A stretch of DNA of 55,573 nt from a virus (lineage: Duplodnaviria > Caudoviricetes), in the IMG/VR virus record IMGVR_UViG_3300046000_004360, positions 1 to 55,573 of that record. One strand, written 5' to 3'. Below the pieces are notes generated by a model. It did no database searches and was not told the origin of the DNA. It worked only from the letters and a program-made list of their open reading frames with translations. How positions within the stretch are numbered: the stretch's first letter is position 1; each line of letters starts with the position of its first letter. A program made the position numbers and the translations under genes. Shown one piece after another: positions 44,501 through 53,044 of the stretch.

Positions 44501-47008
44501 AGGGGAAGTGGCTGATGTAGCCCACGTATTAACACGATTAGCTAAGGCTTTGATTCTGCTCGCACCTATCAGTTTAGTCAGCCCTAAGTGGCCTCCTTTT
44601 TCGTGCAGGATCGTACCTTTCGCATTTCCTTTAGGTATATGGCTGGCGATATAATAATCTTGCCCTTTATGAACGAATGCCTTAGCGCCTCCTGCCTTAA
44701 CGTCTGCTATTACATCGCTGGGGAGAATCCCCTCAAGGCCTGAAAGGTCGTTTACTACGATAGGTGGTTTACGCGCTATTTGGTTGGGGGTAAGCAACTC
44801 CCCCATAGCTTGATTTACTTCTTCTGTTGTGCTTGGTTCTACGGGCGGTACGTCTTCCTTGGACTCATCCTTGGATTCTTTGGAAAGTTGCGAATTTCTG
44901 CGCCTAATCTGCGCAGCCACAGCCTGCATCGGTGATACATCATCTTCATGGGACTGCCCTTTCTCGTATGCTTTTACAACCCGCGATTGGTCAGCGGGGG
45001 TCAGTGATTCAAATGGAACATCGCTTAGGCTTGCCCACTCTTCCTGCGCTGCTAGTGTATCTTGCCTGCTTCCCTCGCGAACTCCACTGACCGCATTGTT
45101 TGTGTTAGCATCCCCGCTAGGAACTCCCACTCCCCCGGACTCAGTGACTTGAGTTTCTTGAGTTGTGGTTGGTGCCCGCTGTGTAGGCAATGGAACGCTC
45201 GGCTCAGTTCGTGATCCGACAGCATCACTTGTGTTTCCACTCGTTTGAGTATTAGGGCTGGGGCGGTTGGTTGACTCATTCATTACCTCCGATTGTTGGC
45301 GAAGCTTAGATTCTATCACATCTAACCGCTCTAATGCAAGTTGGGCAGCTTGTTGTCTAGCTTCAGATAAATTACCCTTGCCGTTTGCCTCGTCGGTTAG
45401 AATGTCTTTAAAAGCGTCGATGTTCTCCTGAGTGGATAAGTCCCCCACCTTTTTGAGCGCATTGCGCACCTTCTTATCACTCGGGCGCACCCCCAAATCA
45501 GTAAGCATAGCGTCATTTATTACTGTAGATTGCGCGGCATCTTGCGCAAAGGGCGCGGCTGTAGGTTGTGGGTCTGTTGGTATTCTTGTTGGGTCAAAAC
45601 CAGTAGGCTGCAGCGCATCTACATATCTACGGTACGCTGCAGGATCACTACTACCTGTGTTCCGCTTCCATTCATCAAAGGAACTAGGGGTTGTAGGTTG
45701 TGGGTCTGTTGGTATTCTTGTTGGGTCAAAACCAGTAGGCTGCAGCGCATCTACATATCTACGGTACGCTGCAGGATCACTACTACCTGTGTTCCGCTTC
45801 CATTCATCAAAGGAACTAGGGGTTGTAGGTTGTGGGTCTGTTGGTATTCTTGTTGGGTCATAGTCTGGCGGCGGGGGAGTAATATCCGCGTCTTGGTTTG
45901 CCATTTCCGCTTGGGCCATATCTCGCCCTTGAACATCCGTTTCGTCTATTATATCTTGCTGCCTCTGCTCTTCCTCCTGCCCCGCTTTCATTACTTCCGC
46001 ACGGGCTTTGGCTGCTTCTTGGAGTTTGTATTCCTGCAGGTCTTTTTTTGCTTGCCTTATATCATGTATTCCCGAAGCCGCCCGCATAGGTGCGCCGCCA
46101 GCAACACCCCCAGCAAACTCATTTTCGTAGTCTTCATACGCATCTGGTGAGGTTAATGGAAGCCCCGCCTGCGCCCTCTCCAATACTTTCTGCGCTACAC
46201 TTACTGGACCTTCAACCGCAGCGCCTTTTATGGGGAGTAATGCGTACCCCGCGACGGTTTCTTTCGCCGCTTTCAGCAGGTTTTGTTCAGTTACGTCTTT
46301 TATCGGGGCGCCAACTATCTTGCTAACTATCCGCTTACCCAACACATAACCAACTCCAGTCGCTTCCAGCGCCGATTCCCCTACAGCAGAAGCAACAGTT
46401 CCGGGGGTAACAAGAGGTCCGGGCGTTTTTGCTTCAATCTTAGCCTCGATGTTAGACCCGATAAACTGAGGAACGCCTGCGATGACTGCACCAACCCCTC
46501 CAGCAACCAATGCTCCTTTAGGACCCGCGCCGCGAGAGAGCGCAGCAGCAGCAGCAGCTTCCGCCCCTGCAACACTAGGCCCCATTGCTGGGAATGACTG
46601 CAGTATAGCATCTTTTGAAAACTTAGCCGCTTCCGCCAACCCCGGAATAACACCAGTGACCCCCGGTTCTTCCAGTGTAATAGGGGGATGTTCCCCCGCC
46701 CCAAACGCCTTTTTAACGTCAGGCCAGCTAGTTGTTTTTATGTTCGCATCTTTATTAGCGGCGGCGTTACGCTCCGCTTGCGCCCTAGTTTCTTCATCAG
46801 TCCTACCTAAACTACCAAGCCCCAACTCAACTTGCTGAACTGTGCTAGCCAAACCCTGCTGTAAGGGGGCAAAGAAGTTCGTATTTTCAGGGTGTTCCGC
46901 TTTGTATTGGGGGATTATGTCGTCTTCAATAGCGGCAATGATTTGCTCCTGACTCATCGAGTCAGGGAAGTTTACGCGCCCTATTCCTTTTATATTAACC
47001 GCAGGCAT
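41549..47008 (-). CDS. Large internal virion/ejection protein, polyvalent-protein-like (zincin-like motif; LPD38-like C-terminus)
   Basis: 1819 aa; ILHEKGGHLG..E.VAY; C-terminal KPLVEN..N....G.P...TSE..K......SP.KID.LI.G..G. Confidence 0.65.
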   Translation of the reverse strand: MPAVNIKGIGRVNFPDSMSQEQIIAAIEDDIIPQYKAEHPENTNFFAPLQQGLASTVQQVELGLGSLGRTDEETRAQAERNAAANKDANIKTTSWPDVKKAFGAGEHPPITLEEPGVTGVIPGLAEAAKFSKDAILQSFPAMGPSVAGAEAAAAAALSRGAGPKGALVAGGVGAVIAGVPQFIGSNIEAKIEAKTPGPLVTPGTVASAVGESALEATGVGYVLGKRIVSKIVGAPIKDVTEQNLLKAAKETVAGYALLPIKGAAVEGPVSVAQKVLERAQAGLPLTSPDAYEDYENEFAGGVAGGAPMRAASGIHDIRQAKKDLQEYKLQEAAKARAEVMKAGQEEEQRQQDIIDETDVQGRDMAQAEMANQDADITPPPPDYDPTRIPTDPQPTTPSSFDEWKRNTGSSDPAAYRRYVDALQPTGFDPTRIPTDPQPTTPSSFDEWKRNTGSSDPAAYRRYVDALQPTGFDPTRIPTDPQPTAAPFAQDAAQSTVINDAMLTDLGVRPSDKKVRNALKKVGDLSTQENIDAFKDILTDEANGKGNLSEARQQAAQLALERLDVIESKLRQQSEVMNESTNRPSPNTQTSGNTSDAVGSRTEPSVPLPTQRAPTTTQETQVTESGGVGVPSGDANTNNAVSGVREGSRQDTLAAQEEWASLSDVPFESLTPADQSRVVKAYEKGQSHEDDVSPMQAVAAQIRRRNSQLSKESKDESKEDVPPVEPSTTEEVNQAMGELLTPNQIARKPPIVVNDLSGLEGILPSDVIADVKAGGAKAFVHKGQDYYIASHIPKGNAKGTILHEKGGHLGLTKLIGASRIKALANRVNTWATSATSPMFGKEKAEITIAKEAIARANASGEPVGSDRYNQEVVAYFTEIAVNKYGIDPLETQPKEFDKVVGWLRDLWAGITDSLHKLRYAPETLKAKDIVDLVMGAARVEAMPDTKTTPTAEKTTADAPAQFSFEKQIPPSPADKAIAAQNGIRLPKRLTQEGVIAKLKARFNEITDNDLWGYLAQKNVGAGEAHALKHGTMYGTGERLNPLTGKEVGFVNLHRTLQADNIAMEAVNRGFPQLDKEGVAHVIPAASNMRALAGISTQIRADMKADGMSDALADTSIDYMLIADRHKELEAMGIDTGITNAEYLYGKKMQAKYAAQFRAWRDMHQKIREKTMQFLVDTNLFTPKKAREFLDRMEYVPFNREIPPGESTGAHLRGLLSAKKEHHIKGAGGLEIKDVMENIINNQVFLIKRGMANNTANLVADDMMRMNKDDNTQGGFEIPRDDKQGNNVEYLKQGQSQWFKVLNRNDAAIFHAAPVVNNIAVRIARTATGMLRKGITLMPTFTYNQLLQDPQRASFTAGTTSGVLGLAKTSLPEFRKNAFGGESPLAREGRAAGIVGAIDYQDTYDNWNKEVRGATRTGISKWFEKAERIARAQDLSNRLAVYKDVMDHGGTQNDATARAIMMYNYQNRGQGQHVSVLMALAPFINCRVQGDYRVLMALQGRLPGVTKAEAKKLVAKKILTFAAYTMMYTMATSGSDDRERADENTANNNFLLGGVKIPATPEFLPLKIAIEKSYRMMAGNINETKGKFAQAVSNAAKNLLVGPSDINPTAIKPLVENAFNHSTLTGKPLVGYTLQQKDVNMQFGDSTSEFSKAISDELQKLGGNTANMSPIKIDNLIKGWFGSVGRDALYTVDMLVGDKPAQKANRLPLVGGIFYDKEGNARVSDLYDLADESNRAWNTLADLEKHHPEKAEAYQKANLPLLRVHDSLKDMTSLLNEMREAKKAAVRENPATARAEISRLDAMANKILEKELPAIRKELGK
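45560..45860. repeat. 132-bp perfect tandem repeat (about 2.3 copies, 44 aa)
   Basis: Unit starts at 45560, 45692 and 45824. Confidence 0.95.
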
Positions 47009-47019
47009 AATTACTCCAA

Positions 47020-49398
47020 TTAGGTTTTGGGGGTGTAGTCAAACGAAGATGGCCCTGTCTTTTTTAGGCCGCCTTTTGGGGTGGTATCAGGGGCGGAGGT
47101 TTCCACATCACCAATATCCTCTCCACGACCTAGAGCCTCCATACGGAGGCGGTTTTTAGTCTGCAAGTTTGTAAGCTGAATTATAGCCGCCTTGTCTTCT
47201 GCGGTCTGTTTAAATGAATTCTTCTTACTGATTACCTTTATGGCCTTGTCATATGAGGCATCTAGGGCGGTTAGCTTTTTCAGTTTCTTCGTATCCGCAT
47301 CCTTACCAGCGCCTACAACCGAAGCACGTACCCCTGCCGCCCCAATCTGGCCTTCTTTAGCCAGTTCTGCCCCTCGGATATGTGCGTCATTAGTGGCTTT
47401 GTGTATAGCTGCTTCATTCTCGTGTTTCAGTTTAGCTGCTTCTTTAGTGTCTGCCCTTGCTTGGTCGGCTTGGGCGCTATCCACACCGAACTTCCCTATA
47501 GCTATATTTTCTGCGCGCTCTGCCTGATTCAGTTGTTGCTGTAGGGCGAAGCGTTTTTCTTCCGCCGCGACTTTAGCGGCGCGGGCATCATCTAGGCTCT
47601 TCACACCTGCCTCGCCACCTGCGGCAACCGAGCCAAAGAATGTACCCCCCGGACGTGAAGCTGCTGCCATCATACCCAAACCCCCCTTAATCAAGGCGTC
47701 ATAATTCTTAGTCTTTTCCCTCGCGGCAGACACCTCATCTAGGCGCTTCATGTGCGCTCTGGCCTCGTTATGTGATACTACATCAGGCTGCATGGACGCT
47801 AGATATACTGCCCGCGCTTTTTCCAGTGGGGTTTGTGGTTTTGTGGATGTATCCTCTTTCGGTGCGCTTGCTATGGCAGCTATACCTTGTTGCGATTGTG
47901 GGGGAGCTTGTGGGGCGGTAGTTACCTCTTCCTCGTCATCTCCCTCTTCCGGTGCGCTTGCTATGGCAGCTATACCTTGTTGCGATTGTGGGGGAGCTTG
48001 TGTCATTAACTTACTAACTGCCCCCGGGGGGTACTCTGCTTCCTTCGGCGGTTCTTGTGCTTGGGCTTGGGCTTGGGCTTGGGCTTGGGCTTGGGCTTGG
48101 GCTTGGGCTTGGGCTTGGGCTTGGGCTTGGGCTTGGGCTTGGGCTTGGGCTTGGGCTTTGGAGTTCTTATCATATGAAGCATAATCAGCACCATAGGCAT
48201 CTTCATAAGGGAGATTTTTTATTGAGTCAATCCCTTGTGATTTAGTTGGCTCTGGTACAGCAGTTAGTGCTATATTCATTGGGGGGAGCACAGTAGCAAG
48301 CAGTGCCTCTGCTGTTTTGTTGTCCCCCGCTTCCCGCGCAGCGAAGACTTTCGCCATTGTTTCTCTCCGGGCGAGTATTTCTGGGGTTATTTGCGCTTCC
48401 TCCTGAGCTAGTATCGCGTCGTTGCCCCGCTGCCAACCGTCATCTTGGCGGGATTCAGGTATACCAGCTATCCCCGCCGCTGGCACTGCAACTGCTGGTG
48501 CCGCTACTACAGGTGAGGGTCTTTGCGGTGCTGGTGCTGGTGCTGGTGCTGGTGCTGGTGCTGGTGCTGGTGCTGGTGCTGGTGCTGGTGCTGGTGCTGG
48601 TGCAGCTATCGCATCTATTCCCTGTGGAGCCGTAGCAATTTCTTGCCTGTATGCAGCGTCGGGCGACACCCAACCTTGGCGCGGGAGCTGTTGTTGCGGG
48701 TGGGATGCATTAGCTATGGCTTCATAGGTCGGGTCCCGCGAGAGCCAAGGTTGGCGAGCGTTAGGTTCGTAGTTGCTAGGCGGGGCGGCGAATGTCGCCG
48801 TACTATCTAAAAGAGCGCTTGCCTGCTTATAAAGCTGATTTGCGCTAGTGGTATCTCCCCCGGCAGCGGCGCGGTCTGCTTGTTTTGCAATTGCCGCTGC
48901 TTGTTCCCGCACAGCATCGTTTTTAGACGGTATATTCCCATCATGGGGGGCGGATAGGGTAGCCATCAGCGAAAGACCCTGCCGATTCAACTTAATAGAG
49001 AGAGCAGAATCACCCGCCGCTGCCGCCGCGTCAGCTTGCTTAGATAGGTTACGCACTTTTGCCACCGTTGCCGCAGTTACATCACCCCCCTTATCAAAGG
49101 CAACAATACCGCCCTGAGCAAACCCTTGTTGAGGTTGCGCTTGTGGTTGCATCTGTTGGGGTATTGCTGCCAGCCCTTGTTGCATCTGAGGCTGGGGTAC
49201 TTGGGAAGTTAGTGACTGCGCTACAGACTGTTGAGGAGCTTGTTGTTGCTGCTGGTATTCTTCTCGGGTAGTCTTTCTACGCTGAAGCTCACTTAGCGCA
49301 AGATATGCAGGTACCTGCGCGTTGGGGTTCTGTACATACCCGGCAACAATGTGGTCGGGAAGCCCTTTAAGTTGGTTCTGTATTTGTATGATATTCAT
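47020..49398 (-). CDS. Putative internal virion/ejection protein, low complexity
   Basis: LALSELQRR N-terminal motif, FAQGG and FDKGG, (AP)n and (QA)n tracts, LIKGGLGMMA segment. Confidence 0.65.
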   Translation of the reverse strand: MNIIQIQNQLKGLPDHIVAGYVQNPNAQVPAYLALSELQRRKTTREEYQQQQQAPQQSVAQSLTSQVPQPQMQQGLAAIPQQMQPQAQPQQGFAQGGIVAFDKGGDVTAATVAKVRNLSKQADAAAAAGDSALSIKLNRQGLSLMATLSAPHDGNIPSKNDAVREQAAAIAKQADRAAAGGDTTSANQLYKQASALLDSTATFAAPPSNYEPNARQPWLSRDPTYEAIANASHPQQQLPRQGWVSPDAAYRQEIATAPQGIDAIAAPAPAPAPAPAPAPAPAPAPAPAPAPQRPSPVVAAPAVAVPAAGIAGIPESRQDDGWQRGNDAILAQEEAQITPEILARRETMAKVFAAREAGDNKTAEALLATVLPPMNIALTAVPEPTKSQGIDSIKNLPYEDAYGADYASYDKNSKAQAQAQAQAQAQAQAQAQAQAQAQAQAQAQAQAQEPPKEAEYPPGAVSKLMTQAPPQSQQGIAAIASAPEEGDDEEEVTTAPQAPPQSQQGIAAIASAPKEDTSTKPQTPLEKARAVYLASMQPDVVSHNEARAHMKRLDEVSAAREKTKNYDALIKGGLGMMAAASRPGGTFFGSVAAGGEAGVKSLDDARAAKVAAEEKRFALQQQLNQAERAENIAIGKFGVDSAQADQARADTKEAAKLKHENEAAIHKATNDAHIRGAELAKEGQIGAAGVRASVVGAGKDADTKKLKKLTALDASYDKAIKVISKKNSFKQTAEDKAAIIQLTNLQTKNRLRMEALGRGEDIGDVETSAPDTTPKGGLKKTGPSSFDYTPKT
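48061..48156. repeat. (TTGGGC)16 hexamer microsatellite encoding (AQ)n
   Basis: Perfect tandem hexamers. Confidence 0.95.
48527..48603. repeat. (GGTGCT) x about 13 hexamer microsatellite encoding (AP)n
   Basis: Perfect tandem hexamers. Confidence 0.95.
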
Positions 49399-49407
49399 AT
49401 ATTACCC

Positions 49408-51471
49408 TTACATCCCCATGCCATATAGGGTAGCCGCATCTGCAGCGGAGGTGTCCCCTGTCGCCCAATCCCATGCGCTTTTTAGCCCGCTGTTTATAGC
49501 CCCCGAGTTATTCCCGTACACCCCGCCCAATGTAGCTAACCCGCCCATTATCTGCCCGCCTAAGTTTGTTGGGGAGCTAGTTGTACCGATCCGCCCGACT
49601 GACTGCCCATTCAGTAAATTATTTAGCTGCCCTGCCCGCTGGATTCCATACTGCTGACCTGTGTAGTAATTTTGGGCATTTAGAGTGTCAATCTGCTGCT
49701 GCAAGGCTTGTTTTTGCGCCGCGCTACCCGATTGAGCTTGGAGTCTACTGAGGTTCGCTATTTGTTCTTGCCCAGACAAAGCCCCCAGATTAGTAGACGC
49801 CTGATTACCCGCGCCCAACCCCGCCAGCCCTATATCCCTGCCTAACCCTGCCTCAAACTGCTGCCCTTGCTGATACATTTTTTGTTGATCTAACGCGACA
49901 TTCTGATTCTGTGTTTGTACCCCGATGTTAGAGGCACGGTCAGCGTTAAACTGCGTCTGCGCGTTTTGGAACCCCGCCTGACTTCCAGCGGCCTGTATAT
50001 TAGCCATGTTCTGCGCGGAGTTTCTATCCGATTCAGACTGTATAAGCGCCTGTCTAGCCCCACCGAAAGTACCTCGCCCGATAGAACCCATAGCCCCCGC
50101 AGACCGCTGAATATCCGCTTGATGTTGGGCCTCACGCAACGCCACATCAGTAACCCCCTGCTGGTATTGAGACTGATACGCAGAAGAATCTGGCTGTTGT
50201 CCAAAGGGTGTTTTTGTGGTGGAGGCATTGGCATCATACGGCAGTCCATATACCAAGGGTGTTCCACTGCCTGTTCCACTGCCTGTTCCGCCACCTATAG
50301 TTCCTATCGCTCCACCACCACCCGTTGCTGGAGGTTGTGTAGTTGTTGGTGAAGGCTGTGTAGTTGTTGCTGGGGTTTGTGAAGGCGCCCCAAAGGTATA
50401 CTGCCCACCAACATTAGTAACCCCCATGCCTTGTTGGAACGCCTGTTGTTGTGATGGTGTTTGTGGAGTAATACGACTAGGTGGTGTAGTTGTTGGTGGG
50501 GTAGCAGAAGAAACTCCCGGAGGGGCGGTACCAGCAAAAGTTGATTGCCCACCAACATTAGTAACCCCCATACCTTGTTGGAACGCTAGTTGTTGTTCTG
50601 GTGTTTGTGGAGTCCTACGACTAGGAGGCACCATACCCCCCTCAGCAAAGCCGGGGGCAGTATAACCTATAGCTTTAAAGTAGTTAGCCATCGTCTCCCC
50701 GCGAGCCATGTGACTCTTTGGGATACCATACTTCGCTTCAATAGCAGCGTTTGACGCTTCATACGGGTCTGCTGGATGTTGTGTAGTTGTTGGTGGAGGT
50801 TGTGTAGTTGTTGGTTGTGTAGTTGTTGCTGGAGGTTGTGTAGTTGTTGGTGAAGGCTGTGTAGTTGTTGCTGGAGGTTGTGTAGTTGTTGGTGAAGGCT
50901 GTGTAGTTGTTGCTGGGGTTTGTGAAGGCGCCCCAAAGGTATACTGCCCATCCACAATATTAACCCCCATACCTTGTTGGAACGCCTGTTGTTGTGATGG
51001 TGTTTGTTGGGGCGACCTACTTACGCTTTGCATCCCTTGGTTAAAGGGGGGTTGGCTCGGCGGGGGCTGTTGTGTTTGTGGTTGATTCTGCTGTGTATTT
51101 GCCCCTGAAGGAAACCAATGCTGTTGAGGGATCGCTAGGCTTTGTTGGGGTTGCGCGTGATAGCTGAAGGCTTGGTTGAATCCTTGGTTGCCCGCAGCAT
51201 ACCCCATATTCTGCCCCTGCTGCAGCCCCGCAGCGCCTTGTTGAAACCCTTGTGGCGCTTGTAATTGGGCGAACTGTTGCTGATTAGCCAACTGTTCGGG
51301 GGTGAAACCTGCGATACTCTCACCAGAATAGGGCACATACGGTTTAATGCCTGTTACTACCCCGGCAGCGTCGCGTGTAAATATATCATTAGCCGACTGC
51401 GCTATGAGGTTCTGCGCAAAGGGCAGTGCCCACTCTGGTAGGCCGCTGGAGGTAGTGGTAGTAGTTGTCAT
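49408..51471 (-). CDS. Putative internal virion/DNA-ejection protein (Gln-rich)
   Basis: LPEWA.P, Y.G..IAGFTP.Q, GTFGGARQAL, C-terminal Gly-rich hydrophobic segment; central Pro/Thr/Gln repeats. Confidence 0.65.
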   Translation of the reverse strand: MTTTTTTSSGLPEWALPFAQNLIAQSANDIFTRDAAGVVTGIKPYVPYSGESIAGFTPEQLANQQQFAQLQAPQGFQQGAAGLQQGQNMGYAAGNQGFNQAFSYHAQPQQSLAIPQQHWFPSGANTQQNQPQTQQPPPSQPPFNQGMQSVSRSPQQTPSQQQAFQQGMGVNIVDGQYTFGAPSQTPATTTQPSPTTTQPPATTTQPSPTTTQPPATTTQPTTTQPPPTTTQHPADPYEASNAAIEAKYGIPKSHMARGETMANYFKAIGYTAPGFAEGGMVPPSRRTPQTPEQQLAFQQGMGVTNVGGQSTFAGTAPPGVSSATPPTTTPPSRITPQTPSQQQAFQQGMGVTNVGGQYTFGAPSQTPATTTQPSPTTTQPPATGGGGAIGTIGGGTGSGTGSGTPLVYGLPYDANASTTKTPFGQQPDSSAYQSQYQQGVTDVALREAQHQADIQRSAGAMGSIGRGTFGGARQALIQSESDRNSAQNMANIQAAGSQAGFQNAQTQFNADRASNIGVQTQNQNVALDQQKMYQQGQQFEAGLGRDIGLAGLGAGNQASTNLGALSGQEQIANLSRLQAQSGSAAQKQALQQQIDTLNAQNYYTGQQYGIQRAGQLNNLLNGQSVGRIGTTSSPTNLGGQIMGGLATLGGVYGNNSGAINSGLKSAWDWATGDTSAADAATLYGMGM

Positions 51472-51483
51472 TGTATGCTATCC

Positions 51484-52791
51484 TTAATAAGGTAAAAATT
51501 TACTGGGGTTGATTTGTTTGCCTTGCTCGGCGGTGCCTGTGCGGGCTTTGCGTAGTTTACTTACCATGCCATCTAACCATTTAGCCCCTGCTTTAGAAGA
51601 GCCATTGCCTATATGAGATACAATATCACTTGACAAAACATATTCCCCGTCAGCGAGGGCAGCGGGTTGGGTTCCGTTTATAACGGCGGGGATTGAATCA
51701 CTCATACCATCCCCCGGACCATTGAGATACCCCCCTTTAGCCATACCATCAGGCGTTTCATATATATCACCAATACCTCCGCCTGCGGCGAAACGAGGTA
51801 AGTTAGGCGCGATAGGCAGCGGGGCATTAGGGTCATAAGGAGCTTGGGTATTGCCAGATCCATCACCTCCCCCGCTACCCCCACCTCCGCTACCCCCACC
51901 TCCGAGCAGTGCCCTACCTACGTTAACAACCTTCCTAGCTCGGTTTGCATTCTCGAGGGTAGCCCAATCTGGGAGTATACTACCCAGTCCCCCGACAGCC
52001 CCTGCTGTGGCTCCACCTACAGCCCCGACAGTTGTTAATGGGAATAGCCCTGCCTCCAACCCACTAGCCCCGACAGTTGTTAATGGGAAAGTCCCCGCCG
52101 CTGTGCCTACTCCCGGAACCCCTGCTAATCCGGGGATTGAAGAACCTCCGGCACCAGCTCCAACTCCAGCTCCAGCCGCGCCTACTCCAGCTCCAGCCGC
52201 GCCACTACCAAATCCCGCGCCTACAGTTCCAGCCATAGTGCCGGGGCCAAGCACCCCCGCAAGACCAAGCCCCATGCCCCCCAATACCGCACCCGTGATT
52301 AGCTTGGGCATCAGCCCCATGGTATTGACCCAGTTGGGGTCTTTCCCAGTAGTTACTTCTTTGCCGGGGAATCGTGGATCATATCTTTGCTTTTGCAGCG
52401 GAGCCATAACTATTTGCTGACCTATGCCACTAACGAGCCCCCTTATATCAACCGGCAAGCCCGTCGACTGGGGGCCCTGCAATTCTAGGATTTGCCCCAT
52501 CAACTCTTGAGGTGTTTTAAACGATGCATTGTTCCCTGTAGGTTTGCTCCATAACGATGCATTGTTCCCTGTAGGTTTGCCCCATCCTGTAGCAGCCTGT
52601 TGCTTCTCCAATGCTATGTTAAAGAAAGCAGAAGCATATTGCGCTTTTTGTTCGGGACTTAGTTTGGATACCTGATCGTCAGATAGCATATACCCGCCAC
52701 GGATTAATTCATCAATTGGAGTGCTCGTTGAGAATTTCTCGTCTGGTGTGTAGTAGCCCGCATCTCCGGGCTTTAAAGAGTATCCGCTCAT
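51484..52791 (-). CDS. Putative internal virion protein with Gly/Ala-rich hydrophobic region
   Basis: C-terminal MAKGGYLNGPGDGMSDSIPA...LADGEYV...GNGSS.AG motif. Confidence 0.65.
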   Translation of the reverse strand: MSGYSLKPGDAGYYTPDEKFSTSTPIDELIRGGYMLSDDQVSKLSPEQKAQYASAFFNIALEKQQAATGWGKPTGNNASLWSKPTGNNASFKTPQELMGQILELQGPQSTGLPVDIRGLVSGIGQQIVMAPLQKQRYDPRFPGKEVTTGKDPNWVNTMGLMPKLITGAVLGGMGLGLAGVLGPGTMAGTVGAGFGSGAAGAGVGAAGAGVGAGAGGSSIPGLAGVPGVGTAAGTFPLTTVGASGLEAGLFPLTTVGAVGGATAGAVGGLGSILPDWATLENANRARKVVNVGRALLGGGGSGGGGSGGGDGSGNTQAPYDPNAPLPIAPNLPRFAAGGGIGDIYETPDGMAKGGYLNGPGDGMSDSIPAVINGTQPAALADGEYVLSSDIVSHIGNGSSKAGAKWLDGMVSKLRKARTGTAEQGKQINPSKFLPY

Positions 52792-52801
52792 ATCGTATTT
52801 C

Positions 52802-53032
52802 CTATGGTACTATGTTAAGGACGTTGGCATTATTCCAAACACTACCAGTCGGCAAACCCGTAGCAGAAGTAGGAAGCGCTTTCAACGCTATTGTATCAAC
52901 AGTTATGGGTGTTGTCGAGCTTATTTGGGAAAAATATATGTTTAATACTCGCACTAATTGGTTCATATATTTCGCATCATAATCGTTGGGGGCTAGGGGT
53001 AGTACGGGCGCAGCAAACTTATTCATTGCCAT
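52802..53032 (-). CDS. Small tail-associated protein
   Basis: P.LP..P..YD..Y..QL.R.L..YF; LPTS..GL..G.VW. Confidence 0.6.
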   Translation of the reverse strand: MAMNKFAAPVLPLAPNDYDAKYMNQLVRVLNIYFSQISSTTPITVDTIALKALPTSATGLPTGSVWNNANVLNIVP

Positions 53033-53044
53033 GTTATATCTCCT

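Noticed and set aside
47750-48810. Alternative-frame ORFs with (AW)n, (KP)n, (LG)n, (CW)n, (VL)n and (ST)n tracts
   Set aside because: Stop-free by-products of the hexamer repeats inside the real minus-strand gene.
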